From an uncultured Deferribacteres bacterium (lineage in GTDB: Bacteria; Zhuqueibacterota; JdFR-76; DREG01): a stretch of 64,000 nucleotides of DNA. The position numbers and the translations under genes are program-made. Below are positions 7,817 through 18,260 of the stretch, piece by piece; the first letter of the stretch is position 1; each line of letters starts with the position of its first letter. Location of the stretch: contig CAYXGW010000002.1 of the NCBI GenBank assembly GCA_964464595.1, positions 753 to 64,752 of the forward strand, given 5' to 3'. Under the pieces are notes generated by a model. That model had not been told where the DNA came from. It did not search any database and saw nothing but the letters and a program-made list of their open reading frames with translations.

Positions 7817-9907
7817 TTATTTTTCTGACTCTTTCTCTTCTTTAGCAGCTTGAATTATTTTTTCTGCGACATCACCCGGGACTTCTTCGTAACTCGAAAA
7901 TTTGCGTTTATGGAAACCCCTACCTTGCGTTAATGATCGCAAACTTGTGGAATATCGATACAATTCAGCCAATGGGACTTTTGCATTAACGATTTGAAAA
8001 TTTCCTTCGGAATCAACGCCCATTATTTTTCCACGTCTACTGGAAAGATCTCCCATAACATCACCCAGGTAATCTTCTGGAACACGTACTGTCACATCAT
8101 AAAAGGGCTCCAATAACAATGGCCTTGATTCCATGAATGCCTTTTTAAAAGCCATTGATCCGGCAATTTTAAAAGCCATATCCGAAGAATCTACATTATG
8201 GTAAGAACCATCATAAAGAGTAGCCTTTAAATCCACAACATTACAACCCGCCAATGGACCTTCCACCAAGGATTCTTGAATCCCCTTATCCACTGCAGGT
8301 ATAAACTTACTTGGGATAACACCTCCAACAATTGCATTCACAAACTCATATCCTTTTCCATGGCCTTGTGGTTCTAATTTAATATAGACCTCACCAAATT
8401 GACCACGGCCTCCAGATTGTTTTTTATGTTTATATTGTGTTTGTGAGGTTCCTTTGATTGTTTCACGATAAGGAATTTTTGGTTCTATTAATTCCACTTC
8501 CACACCGAATTTTTCCTTCAATCGTTTTAATACGATAGCAAGATGAAGTTCTCCCAGGCCCTGAATAATTGTCTGCCGTAATTCCGGATCATACCCGGCA
8601 ACAAAAGTGGGATCTTCTTCATGCAAAGTTGTAAGTCCGGTTGAGATTTTTTCTTCATCTCCTTTTGATTTTGTCACAACAGCTGCACGAATACTTGGCA
8701 ATGGATATTTTATGTCGGTCAATTGGATAGGATCGTTTTTCGAGCATAAAGTATCTCCGGTATGCGTATTTTTCAATTTAACCACAGCACCTATATCTCC
8801 TGCAGGCACTTTGTTCATATCATTTCGGCTATGGCCATTAATCAAAAATAGTTGCCCTATTTTTTCACCTGATTTTCTGTTTACGTTATAAACTTCTTCT
8901 CCAACTTTAATAACACCACCATATACTCTTATAAATGAAAACTCTCCTACATGAGGCTCTGATTCAGTTTTAAAAACCAATGCAGCTTGTGGTGAATCGG
9001 TAGAAATAGGATGGCTAATTTCAGCACCTGAAACCGGATTAGTACCTTGGTATTCTTTCACATCGATGGGCGAAGGCGCAAATTTCACAATAAAATCTAA
9101 CAACTCATGAGTCCCGATATTTTCTGTGGCAGCACCACAAAGAACAGGGTAAATATTGCCGCTGACCAGCCCTGCTTTAAGTCCTTGCACTATTTCGTCT
9201 TCGGTAAGTTCGCCAACATCAAAAAACCTTTCTAGTAAAGTATCATCACTTTCAGCTGCAGACTCGACCAATTTTTCACGTAATTCGTTCGCTTTGTTTT
9301 GCAAATCAGCAGGAATTTCAGCCGATGACCGTTTTCCTGAACCACCTTTTTCATAGGTTACCAATTTCATTCTAAATAAATCGACAAACTGATTGAAACT
9401 TTCCCCACTGTTCACCGGGAATTGAACTGCAACAACACCTGTTCCATAATTTTTTTGTAAAGAGTCAAGAATATTCTCAAAATTTGCATGTTCCCTATCC
9501 AATTGATTCACAAAAAATAATTTTGAAGAATTTACTTCGCTAGCTGCTTCCCAAACGTGTTCTGTACCAACTTCAATACCTGAAACAGCATTTAGCAAAA
9601 CCAGGGAGGTTTCAACCACTCTTAAAGAACCAATAACTTCACCGATAAAATCGGAATAGCCAGGAGTATCTAGTATGTTTATTTTTGATTCACCCCACTC
9701 TACATTCATTAATGATGATGTAATCGAAATTTTGCGCTCAATCTCATCCGGATGGTAATCAGAAATTGTTGTTCCATCCTCTACTCTACCAAGGCGGTTG
9801 GACGCTCCCGATGTAAATACCATGGCTTCAGCCAAAGAAGTTTTACCAACCCCACCGTGGGAGATTAAAGCAATATTTCTTAATCTTTCAGTTGAATACT
9901 CCTTCAC
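7817..9907 (-). CDS. Elongation factor G paralog (EF-G-like translational GTPase) with a divergent G1 motif
   Basis: It has the EF-G domain order with DTPGYSDF (G3) and NQLD (G4). The P-loop reads SHGGVGKTS instead of the canonical AHIDAGKTT, so this is a paralog rather than the housekeeping fusA. Confidence 0.75.
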   Translation of the reverse strand: MKEYSTERLRNIALISHGGVGKTSLAEAMVFTSGASNRLGRVEDGTTISDYHPDEIERKISITSSLMNVEWGESKINILDTPGYSDFIGEVIGSLRVVETSLVLLNAVSGIEVGTEHVWEAASEVNSSKLFFVNQLDREHANFENILDSLQKNYGTGVVAVQFPVNSGESFNQFVDLFRMKLVTYEKGGSGKRSSAEIPADLQNKANELREKLVESAAESDDTLLERFFDVGELTEDEIVQGLKAGLVSGNIYPVLCGAATENIGTHELLDFIVKFAPSPIDVKEYQGTNPVSGAEISHPISTDSPQAALVFKTESEPHVGEFSFIRVYGGVIKVGEEVYNVNRKSGEKIGQLFLINGHSRNDMNKVPAGDIGAVVKLKNTHTGDTLCSKNDPIQLTDIKYPLPSIRAAVVTKSKGDEEKISTGLTTLHEEDPTFVAGYDPELRQTIIQGLGELHLAIVLKRLKEKFGVEVELIEPKIPYRETIKGTSQTQYKHKKQSGGRGQFGEVYIKLEPQGHGKGYEFVNAIVGGVIPSKFIPAVDKGIQESLVEGPLAGCNVVDLKATLYDGSYHNVDSSDMAFKIAGSMAFKKAFMESRPLLLEPFYDVTVRVPEDYLGDVMGDLSSRRGKIMGVDSEGNFQIVNAKVPLAELYRYSTSLRSLTQGRGFHKRKFSSYEEVPGDVAEKIIQAAKEEKESEK

Positions 9908-10203
9908 TATTTCCTCCGATCTTAATAACCAGTCCTAAGTTTTTAATGAAATCATATTATCTTGAGATCATAATTTTATTTGTGGTAATAGTTTCTTCAG
10001 GTAAGGTTTGTCATTACAAATTAATTTTTGTATTCGCTCATCATTTTGGATAAAATTAGTGGAACTGTTAATTTTAAGAAATCAGTATCTATAAATCAAT
10101 AAAATTATAAACCCCAATAAGATTTCAAAAAACAAAATCTCAACAATAAACAATATTTAAATGTGGTGTGGGATAAAATAAACTTTAAGAATTGTAATTT
10201 AGC

Positions 10204-11523
10204 TTACTCATTATCATTAACTTTAATAACAATCAAAGTTAAATCGTCTTCAACTCTATTGATCATACTAAACTTGTAGATTTCGGAGGTAATTTTATTA
10301 ATTAATTCAGCAGCACTTAAATGTGAGTTTTCTTGAATAATTTCAATCACATTATTCAGCTCAAAAAAATCACCGTTCGGATTTTGAGCTTCGATAAGTC
10401 CATCCGTATAAAAAAGGGCGATATCTCCAGGGATTAGTTGAACTTTAGATTCGGTGTATGGCATATTCTGAATAAATCCAAGTACAGTACCGCCTAGTTT
10501 CAATTCAATGAGACCGCCGTTTTTCCGAATAATAACTGGTGGAAAATGTCCTGCATTCGTGTAAACAAAATCTCGAGTTTTGGGATTTAATTCGCCATAA
10601 AAAAAGGTAGCATACGTATCCGCGATTGTAGTTTCATAGATCAAGTTATTCAATGATACCATGGTATCCTGCACAGAAAACGTCTCATGCAATAGGCTTT
10701 TGTATGTCGAAAATAAGGATGCCATTAAAATAGCTGCCGGAGTTCCTTTTCCGGAAACATCGCCAATCGCAACTCCGATATTTCCACTGGCAAGGCGAAC
10801 CAAATCATACAAATCACCACTTACCGTTTTGGAAGGCAGGTTAAAACTTGCAAACTCAAAACCATTTTCTTGTGGCAAAGATTTGGATAAAATCGCCTCC
10901 TGTATTTGTCTCGCAATTAATAGGTCTCTTTCCAAGTCCCTTGATTTTAACAATTCCCGGTGCAAGCGAGCATTATCCAGAGCAATCGCAGCATGATTTG
11001 CAAAAGCTGTTAAAAGTTGAAAATCCTTTTGGTTAAACGCATTTAATCGATCTGATTCAAGATTTAAAACTCCAATCAATTTTTCCTTTGCAAATAGAGG
11101 TACCAGCATTGCAGACTGAGTTTCATTTTTCACGTTTACATATAGCCGGTCTTTGGAAGTATCCGGACAAATCTTCCCCTTTCCTTCTCTCGCGACCACT
11201 CCTGTAAGCCCTCTTCCTACTTTTAAATGCGCTCTTTTTACAGTTTCTTCATCATATCCACGGATTGCCTCGGGGATAAGTTTATTGGTAGTTGGATCTA
11301 TTAAGAAGATTCCAGCAGCATCAAAAGGAATTACCCGGTTCAAATAATCAAATATTAAATTGAGGACATTATTTAAATTCAAAGTTGAATTGATATTCTT
11401 GCTTAGTTCAAGAAGCATAGATTTCTCAAGAGATTCCTTTTGCAATTCCTTTAAAAGGCTAGCAATCTCATCTGTTATATTTGGGGTGTCTTTCAGTAAT
11501 CTTTGAATATCTAGAGCAGCCAT
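10204..11523 (-). CDS. GAF-domain PP2C (SpoIIE/RsbU-type) serine phosphatase
   Basis: The N-terminus is GAF. The C-terminus is a PPM-type phosphatase with the typical SGDLYD, GDVSGKG and FYTDGLIEA motifs. Confidence 0.85.
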   Translation of the reverse strand: MAALDIQRLLKDTPNITDEIASLLKELQKESLEKSMLLELSKNINSTLNLNNVLNLIFDYLNRVIPFDAAGIFLIDPTTNKLIPEAIRGYDEETVKRAHLKVGRGLTGVVAREGKGKICPDTSKDRLYVNVKNETQSAMLVPLFAKEKLIGVLNLESDRLNAFNQKDFQLLTAFANHAAIALDNARLHRELLKSRDLERDLLIARQIQEAILSKSLPQENGFEFASFNLPSKTVSGDLYDLVRLASGNIGVAIGDVSGKGTPAAILMASLFSTYKSLLHETFSVQDTMVSLNNLIYETTIADTYATFFYGELNPKTRDFVYTNAGHFPPVIIRKNGGLIELKLGGTVLGFIQNMPYTESKVQLIPGDIALFYTDGLIEAQNPNGDFFELNNVIEIIQENSHLSAAELINKITSEIYKFSMINRVEDDLTLIVIKVNDNE

Positions 11524-11747
11524 TAAGACCTCTGGTACTTTCCTATCTGTTAGTCTAATTAAGTAATTCGGCTTGTTAATTAAAAGTGATAAGTATATTA
11601 ATAAACAACGAGATATTCAACAACAAAGTTCCCCAAAATCCGGTTAAAAAGTTTTTATTACAAATAAATTAAATTTGTTTAAAAAGACAGATAATTTAAG
11701 AAAATTGATAATTTTAACTATTTGGTGTTCTCTGTTCCCCTACCGTT

Positions 11748-12188
11748 TCATGTCAGGAAAGATGTATTCTTCCATTGCTTTTTTCCATCTATAAATATTT
11801 CCTCTTTCCAGACAGGTAGACTGACTTTTATTTCTTCAATAATAAATTTACAAGCAGCAAAAGTTTCAGCTCTATGGGCAGATGAAACCAAAATCATCAC
11901 ACTTGCTTCTTTTAATTTCAATAATCCAAGACGATGCTGCACAGCCACACGGTATACCGGCCATTTTTTCATTGCATTTTCACAAATTGAGGCAAGCTCT
12001 TTTTCGGCCATTTCAGGATACCCATGGTATTCAATAGCTTTGACTCTTTGCCCTTCTGCATGATCCCGAACAATGCCGATAAAAACATCTATTGCACCAC
12101 AGGAACTTGATTCAACAAAATTGTATAACTTTTGATAGTTTAATTCCTTTGCGGTGATTTCAATATATTTTTTTTGATCTTCAATCAT
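11748..12188 (-). CDS. moaE: Molybdopterin synthase catalytic subunit MoaE
   Basis: Sequence similarity to MoaE and its position after moaD. Confidence 0.8.
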   Translation of the reverse strand: MIEDQKKYIEITAKELNYQKLYNFVESSSCGAIDVFIGIVRDHAEGQRVKAIEYHGYPEMAEKELASICENAMKKWPVYRVAVQHRLGLLKLKEASVMILVSSAHRAETFAACKFIIEEIKVSLPVWKEEIFIDGKKQWKNTSFLT

Positions 12189-12221
12189 CCTTAAGAGTCC
12201 TACTCAAAATTATAAAATAAA

Positions 12222-12467
12222 TTATCCACCGCTTACCGGCGGAATAATACATATTTCATCACCATCATGTAATAGAACTGTAGCTTTAACATATTCTAGA
12301 TTTACAGCCAGCCGACCTTGTTTTCTAAAAGGCTCAAGTCGTGGAATTTTAGCAATGATTTTATCCCATAGAAATTCACCTGTTGCATCAATCGGCAAAT
12401 CAAGTGTTAATGATTCACAATCTGCGATATCACGACAAATAGCAAAAAACCGTACTTCTACTTTCAT
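12222..12467 (-). CDS. moaD: Molybdopterin synthase sulfur-carrier subunit MoaD
   Basis: An 81-aa ubiquitin-fold protein ending in a Gly-Gly C-terminus (PPVSGG). Confidence 0.8.
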   Translation of the reverse strand: MKVEVRFFAICRDIADCESLTLDLPIDATGEFLWDKIIAKIPRLEPFRKQGRLAVNLEYVKATVLLHDGDEICIIPPVSGG

Positions 12468-12500
12468 TTGAAAATTAATCGTTGGAAATGAAGTTTTTTT

Positions 12501-13409
12501 TCAATGACCACCACCATGAATAATTGAAAATGCATGTAATATCCCTGGGAAAATAGCCTGTAAACTTTCTTCAACCCCTTTTGGACTGCCGGGTAAATTG
12601 ATTATCATACTTTGATTCCGGACTCCACATATTTCTCGAGAGAGCATAGCATACGGAGTCCTTTCCTTTCCGTGTCTCCTAATGGTTTCTGCAATACCCG
12701 GAATTGATTTGTGAATTATGTCTTTAGTTGCTTCCGGAGTAACATCACGAGGGCCTAATCCTGTCCCGCCGGTTGTAAAAACCAAATCAATTTTGTGATT
12801 ATCAACTAAATCAATGAGTTTTTCCTGAATCTGGCCAATTTCATCAGGAAGAATCTGGTAGTCATCCACTATAACAGGCTGGCTACTCAAGAATTCTTGT
12901 ATTATTTTACCCGATTTATCTTCACGTTTTCCGGAAAACGTGCTATCTGATATGACTAAAACCGCAGCTTTCAAGGGAATTTCAAATAAATCCTTAAAGT
13001 CGGATTTCCCACCTTGTTTTTGCAATAATTTTATGTCACCTAAAAAAAGCGATTCATCCAAAGGTTTAAGCATATCATAAATGTTTAATAATGCAGCAGA
13101 TACGGCACTAAGCGCTTCCATTTCCACACCGGTTTTCCAAATTGATTTCACTTCTGCAATAACTTGAATCTGGTTCGACATAATTTCAAAAGAAATATCA
13201 ACCCAATCAATAGGTATGGGATGACAAAATACAATCCACTCGGAAGTCTTTTTAGCAGCTTGAATTCCAGCACTTCTTGCTGTTGCAAGAACATCACCTT
13301 TTGGTACAGTTTTTTCCTTTACCCTGAGAATAGTTTCCTTTCCAGCTGATAAGACACCACTTGCTTTCGCATACCTTAAAGTGTTAAATTTCGGACTTAC
13401 GTCAATCAT
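12501..13409 (-). CDS. moaC: Bifunctional cyclic pyranopterin monophosphate synthase MoaC fused to the MogA/MoaB molybdopterin adenylyltransferase domain
   Basis: The N-terminal half is MoaC-like (MIDVSPK...GVEMEALSAVSAALLNIYDM). The C-terminal half is MogA/MoaB-like (LVISDS...TTGGTGLGPRDVTPEAT). Confidence 0.8.
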   Translation of the reverse strand: MIDVSPKFNTLRYAKASGVLSAGKETILRVKEKTVPKGDVLATARSAGIQAAKKTSEWIVFCHPIPIDWVDISFEIMSNQIQVIAEVKSIWKTGVEMEALSAVSAALLNIYDMLKPLDESLFLGDIKLLQKQGGKSDFKDLFEIPLKAAVLVISDSTFSGKREDKSGKIIQEFLSSQPVIVDDYQILPDEIGQIQEKLIDLVDNHKIDLVFTTGGTGLGPRDVTPEATKDIIHKSIPGIAETIRRHGKERTPYAMLSREICGVRNQSMIINLPGSPKGVEESLQAIFPGILHAFSIIHGGGH

Positions 13410-13431
13410 ATTATCTTATTATTCTTGAAGT

Positions 13432-14421
13432 TTACCCACCTATTTCAGACATGGATTCGGACACTAGTCGTTGCTTGGTTCGATTTTTTTGTGCTTCAAA
13501 TCCATCCTTAAAGCGATTACCAATGCAATTGATTATCGATTGTTGAATTTCCAGATCATCACAACCGGATGTTAGCATTTTCCGCAAATCGAGAACTCCA
13601 TCATCATACAGGCAGGTTTTAAGCATACCTTTTGCGGTTATTCTCAATCGATTGCACGTTGCGCAAAACAACCGCGAAAATCCTGCAATAATACCAACCG
13701 TTCCAGCATGCCCTGGTATTTTATAAGTCATTGAAGTAGAATTTGGTTTTTCAGGTAATCGTGTCATTCCCTCAAAGTTTTCTTCCAGAGTATTAAGTAT
13801 TCTGTTTGAGTTCCATTGCAGTTTTTGAAAATCCTCAGAGGTGCCATTAAATGGCATCTCTTCAATAAACCTCATGTCAATTGGATATTTTTTAGAAAGA
13901 TTAGCAAGAGGTAGAATCTGTTCTGTATTGATCCCATCCATAATTACAGCATTTATCTTTAAGGGAATTCCATATTCAAGAATTTTGTGGAAACTGGCCA
14001 TCACCAGGGCATGTTCGTCTCTCCTGGTAATTTCTTTGAATTGTTTGGCATCCGTTGTATCTAGGCTTAAATTAATGCCGGCAATAGCCATTTTCTTAAG
14101 TTCCGGAACATGTTTTTCAGTCAAAACACCATTTGTCGTTATGTAAATTTCATCCAAACCATTTATCGAACTTATGGCTTTTAAGAAATCAATTAACCCC
14201 TTTCTAAGAAATGGCTCCCCCCCGGTAATTCGGACTTTATTAACTCCAATTTTCCCAAGCAGAATCACAAGCCGTTTCATTTCTTCATATGTCAGGATTT
14301 CTTTTCTTGGCAGGTAAGTGATACCATTTGCCGGCATGCAATAAGTACATCTCAGGTTACACCTATCTGTTACGGATAAGCGCAAGTAATTGACAGGTCT
14401 GTTATGATTATCCAAAATCAT
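13432..14421 (-). CDS. moaA: GTP 3',8-cyclase MoaA (radical SAM)
   Basis: It has the CNLRCTYCMP radical-SAM cysteine motif and the C-terminal Cys cluster CATCNRLRITAKGMLKTCL. Confidence 0.85.
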   Translation of the reverse strand: MILDNHNRPVNYLRLSVTDRCNLRCTYCMPANGITYLPRKEILTYEEMKRLVILLGKIGVNKVRITGGEPFLRKGLIDFLKAISSINGLDEIYITTNGVLTEKHVPELKKMAIAGINLSLDTTDAKQFKEITRRDEHALVMASFHKILEYGIPLKINAVIMDGINTEQILPLANLSKKYPIDMRFIEEMPFNGTSEDFQKLQWNSNRILNTLEENFEGMTRLPEKPNSTSMTYKIPGHAGTVGIIAGFSRLFCATCNRLRITAKGMLKTCLYDDGVLDLRKMLTSGCDDLEIQQSIINCIGNRFKDGFEAQKNRTKQRLVSESMSEIGG

Positions 14422-14445
14422 TATTAAATCCTTTGCAATCTTCCA

Positions 14446-16689
14446 TTATTTAATATTTTGTAAAGCCGTAATGATATCCAAGGTTCGTCTCCTGTATTCT
14501 TTTGCTGTTTGATTGGTTTGATCTAATTTGAGTATTTCATCAAATGAATCAGCAGCTGCTTGATATTGTTTTTGTGAATATAGTTGAATACCTCTTTGCA
14601 AGAGAATCGTAATTTGACGATTTTTTGCAGTTCTTATTGTACTTAGTAATGTAGTAATCTCTTGGCGCTCATGTTCCTCAGAAAGAAGTTGGATAGAAAG
14701 TTCTTCTGCTTTATTATACTGTTTGTTTGACAATGCTTTTTTTGCCTGCAACCATTTCCGGTCTCTTTCCATACGTAGTTTTGTTCTGGTTACCGCATTT
14801 GAATACATACTATTTCTCGGGTTAAATTCCCTTGCTTTCAAGTAATGTTTTAATGCTGTACTATCATCACCCTGATTATAGGCAACATCACCTAATGATT
14901 CAAATTTTTTTGCTAATTCAACACGTTCAATTTTGTTTTTCCGGATAAGATTTTTTGCCGGCAAATAATCTTTCTTTAAATTAAGAATTTCATTGCACAG
15001 TGACTCTGATAACTTAAAATTTTGATTTTTATTAGCGGATTGTGCTCTTTTTAGCAAATCATTCAAATGTCGATCAAATTGAGGCTTAAGCTGTTGAACG
15101 GCTTGAGAAGCCACTGGATTTTCCACATCCAAATTTAAAACCATTCCATATTTGTTTACTGCTTCAAGGTAATTCCCATTTGTTTCAAATTGGCTAGCTA
15201 TCTTAACCAGGCTATCGATTTGCGACTGTTTATTTTGAATGCGATTCCGAACATCTTTCAAATTTTCATTTATGGATGGATATTGAGGATCATATCTTTT
15301 AACATTCTCAAATTTACTTAAAGCAGATCGGTATTTTTTTTGAGAATAATAACCATGAGCCATGAGAGACTCTTTCTCTGCTAAGTACTTCAAAGTATCT
15401 TCTGTCATTTTTTTTGTATGCGAAATCAAGGTATCATTCGGAAATAGGTGGTGAATTCTACTAAGCACACGATTTGCATTTACGAAATCACTTTGTTCCA
15501 ACAATTCGTTAATTCTCTTTCTAACTGGATTCAATTCATTTGATGCTGAAGATCGTAATATGTTAAATTTTCTATTAGCTATTTCATTATGTGGGAATTG
15601 TTCTATAATGTTATCATATTGAATCAAGGCAAGTAATTTTTCTCCTTTTCTTTCATACTCTATCGCCGATCTTAACATCCTTTGCTCTTTTCTGGCTAAC
15701 GATTTGTACCTGTCTTCGACAATTTTGAATGTACGTTGATAGGTTTTATTCTCAGGTTGATACGCTATAGAATTACGGAAATGGAAGTATGCCTTCGCAA
15801 CTTCTTTTTTATCAAGAGAGTTCATACCCTGTTCATAATTTTTCTTTGCACGAACGGCCGGACTTTCTCCAAACTTTACATTTGCCGAGAATTGAATTTT
15901 TTCTTTGAATCTCTCATAAAAGATATCAAGCTGTAAAGATCCAAGAATCACTCCTACACCATACAACCATCTGTTTGAGTTAAAATTTGCAATGCCGGTT
16001 CGTAAAACTGTCGATTTAAAACTTTCTATTTCGATCCCTTGAATATAATCACTTCGGTTTTTTGTAAATTGAAGTTCAGAAAATGTTTGAAAAAATGAAG
16101 GTGTAATAACGTAAGAAATACCAAAATTAGCCTGCAAGGGTATTCCAAACCTACTCTTTGAAATAACCATATTTTGAATAGCAGCAGACAATCCTATTCT
16201 ATCCCAATAAATAAGCCCTCCGAAAATTCTTTCCCCAACCTTCTTAAAGGGAAAATAAGATATACCAACATTGAAGTGAGGTGAATAAGATCTTTCACGG
16301 TCAAATATCATTGAACTAAACCCTATTCTTAATCCGGATGTATAGGATTTTGCTAAACCAACACCCGCATAATCGATAGGAATCGGCCCCGGTATACGGC
16401 CAATTGTAAATCCGACAGAACCAATTCCGGGTATAAAATCTGCAATTGCAGCTTTACTGTAGAAAAAAGATTCATTCACATTTAGACTAAAACTTGGCTG
16501 TCTGGTAAAACTAAGATTGGCTGGATTCCATAAAAAAGAATATGCAGATTGCGTTAATGTAGAAGACAACCCTCCCAATGATTTTGACCTGGCATCAAAA
16601 AAAGTAAAATTATTGTATTGTCCATGCACTTCATTCAACAAAGAAAACAACAAGATTGTTGTCGCCAGTGTATTTAGTAACTTTTGCAT
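14446..16689 (-). CDS. Outer-membrane protein with a signal peptide, an N-terminal beta-barrel-like region and C-terminal TPR repeats
   Basis: The signal peptide is MQKLLNTLATTILLFSLLNEVHGQ. Residues 1 to about 270 have alternating aromatic/hydrophobic residues, typical of a beta-barrel. The C-terminal half has repeated TPR-like helical units (YNKAEEL..., YQAAADSF...). Confidence 0.55.
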   Translation of the reverse strand: MQKLLNTLATTILLFSLLNEVHGQYNNFTFFDARSKSLGGLSSTLTQSAYSFLWNPANLSFTRQPSFSLNVNESFFYSKAAIADFIPGIGSVGFTIGRIPGPIPIDYAGVGLAKSYTSGLRIGFSSMIFDRERSYSPHFNVGISYFPFKKVGERIFGGLIYWDRIGLSAAIQNMVISKSRFGIPLQANFGISYVITPSFFQTFSELQFTKNRSDYIQGIEIESFKSTVLRTGIANFNSNRWLYGVGVILGSLQLDIFYERFKEKIQFSANVKFGESPAVRAKKNYEQGMNSLDKKEVAKAYFHFRNSIAYQPENKTYQRTFKIVEDRYKSLARKEQRMLRSAIEYERKGEKLLALIQYDNIIEQFPHNEIANRKFNILRSSASNELNPVRKRINELLEQSDFVNANRVLSRIHHLFPNDTLISHTKKMTEDTLKYLAEKESLMAHGYYSQKKYRSALSKFENVKRYDPQYPSINENLKDVRNRIQNKQSQIDSLVKIASQFETNGNYLEAVNKYGMVLNLDVENPVASQAVQQLKPQFDRHLNDLLKRAQSANKNQNFKLSESLCNEILNLKKDYLPAKNLIRKNKIERVELAKKFESLGDVAYNQGDDSTALKHYLKAREFNPRNSMYSNAVTRTKLRMERDRKWLQAKKALSNKQYNKAEELSIQLLSEEHERQEITTLLSTIRTAKNRQITILLQRGIQLYSQKQYQAAADSFDEILKLDQTNQTAKEYRRRTLDIITALQNIK

Positions 16690-16694
16690 TGAAT

Positions 16695-18101
16695 TTAATA
16701 GGTAATACGGTAAATTGACACAGCATTTTTTCTACCGCTAAATTTTGCAGGTTCCATTTTAACTACAGAAAAAGACTTATCTAATTTTTGAATTACAGTT
16801 TTTGTAATCACAATATGGCCTGAACGTGCATAATTGCAAAGTTTACTGGCTAAATTTACAACATCACCAATAGCTGTATAGTCCATACGTGATTTAGCTC
16901 CCATACTACCCAAAATAGCAAACCCGAAATTAATGCCAATACCTACAGTTAAACATTCTTTCTTCTCATCTCTTCTCTCGTGATTAATTTCAATCAATCC
17001 CTTTTGAATTTGGATTGCGGCTTTAATTGCATCATCGGATGCATTCTCTCCTTGGAAAATAGCCATAAGCTGATCTCCGGCGAACTTATCAATAACGCCA
17101 TTATTATCAATAATATAACGAGATTGCATATTCAAATAAACATTTATAATATCAACAAGCGCTTCCGGTTCCATGCCTTCCGAAAGACTTGTAAAGCCTC
17201 GAATATCTGAGAACAAAACAGCAATCTCTTTCTTTATCATGGATGAAGTATCTGCATCTTGTCCGGAATGATTCTGAATCATATCGACAGTCAGAGAAGA
17301 TACAAATTTTTTCATTTGTATGTTTTCCCGGAGACTTCTCACCATACGGTTGAACTCATCGGCGAGCAATCCAATTTCATCTTTATTCTTTATTTTAATA
17401 ACTACATTCAAATTACCTTTTTCCAACTCTTTAACACCGTCGGATAGTTTCACTATATTTGATGATAATCGTTTGGAAAAGATGTTTACAATAAATACAC
17501 TTAGCAAAATTATACCTATCGTTAGCAGAAGGATTATATTTTTTGCAGTATTAAAAGCTGATTGAATCATAGCATGAGAAAAGACAATACCAGCCAATCC
17601 TGTAGTTATCTCTTCATCAATTCCATTCCGATTCGTGTTAATAACAATTTTATGTAAGTACTCTGATTTGTTATTATGTTCAATAACTTTTAAATCTTCC
17701 GTTAGAGATAAGTAATAATTATACTCGCTTTTTGTGGAGTTGATTTGTGAAAGATCAGAGTGCGCCACAATTACACTGTCTCTATCCATAACAAAAGCAC
17801 TCTCAAATCCTTCCATAACAATATCATTAATTACTTTCTGAATCGGTGCATGATTTTTTATGAGTAAATTCTCGCTGGCCACACTTGCCAAACTTTGAAT
17901 GGTTAGTCTATATATAGCTTCGACTTTTTCTCTTAGAACATATTTCCCAGCTTCCAAAACAGCCCAACTTAACAGTAGAATCATGACAATCGTAATAGAT
18001 CCAATAACAAGGATAAACTTGACTTGCAGGTTTAGGTGGAGATAAAAATCCCGAATTTTATTTTGAAGAGATTTCAAAAATAGAATTATTGAATGAATCA
18101 T
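16695..18101 (-). CDS. Membrane-anchored class III adenylate/guanylate cyclase with a periplasmic sensor region and a HAMP domain
   Basis: It has two TM segments and a HAMP region. The CYCc catalytic domain carries VLFSDIRGFTSLSE and KFAGDQLMAIF motifs. Confidence 0.8.
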   Translation of the reverse strand: MIHSIILFLKSLQNKIRDFYLHLNLQVKFILVIGSITIVMILLLSWAVLEAGKYVLREKVEAIYRLTIQSLASVASENLLIKNHAPIQKVINDIVMEGFESAFVMDRDSVIVAHSDLSQINSTKSEYNYYLSLTEDLKVIEHNNKSEYLHKIVINTNRNGIDEEITTGLAGIVFSHAMIQSAFNTAKNIILLLTIGIILLSVFIVNIFSKRLSSNIVKLSDGVKELEKGNLNVVIKIKNKDEIGLLADEFNRMVRSLRENIQMKKFVSSLTVDMIQNHSGQDADTSSMIKKEIAVLFSDIRGFTSLSEGMEPEALVDIINVYLNMQSRYIIDNNGVIDKFAGDQLMAIFQGENASDDAIKAAIQIQKGLIEINHERRDEKKECLTVGIGINFGFAILGSMGAKSRMDYTAIGDVVNLASKLCNYARSGHIVITKTVIQKLDKSFSVVKMEPAKFSGRKNAVSIYRITY

Positions 18102-18260
18102 TCTAGCTTGTCATTTCAACTTATGGTTTATTAATTATCCCGAATTAAATGTTAACTTGTTTGGATGCAATTATCAAGAAATATTAGTAAGAAACAAAGG
18201 AAAATGGATTAAAAAGGGAGGAAATACTTTATTTGAATTAAATAACAGATCAATTAGAAT

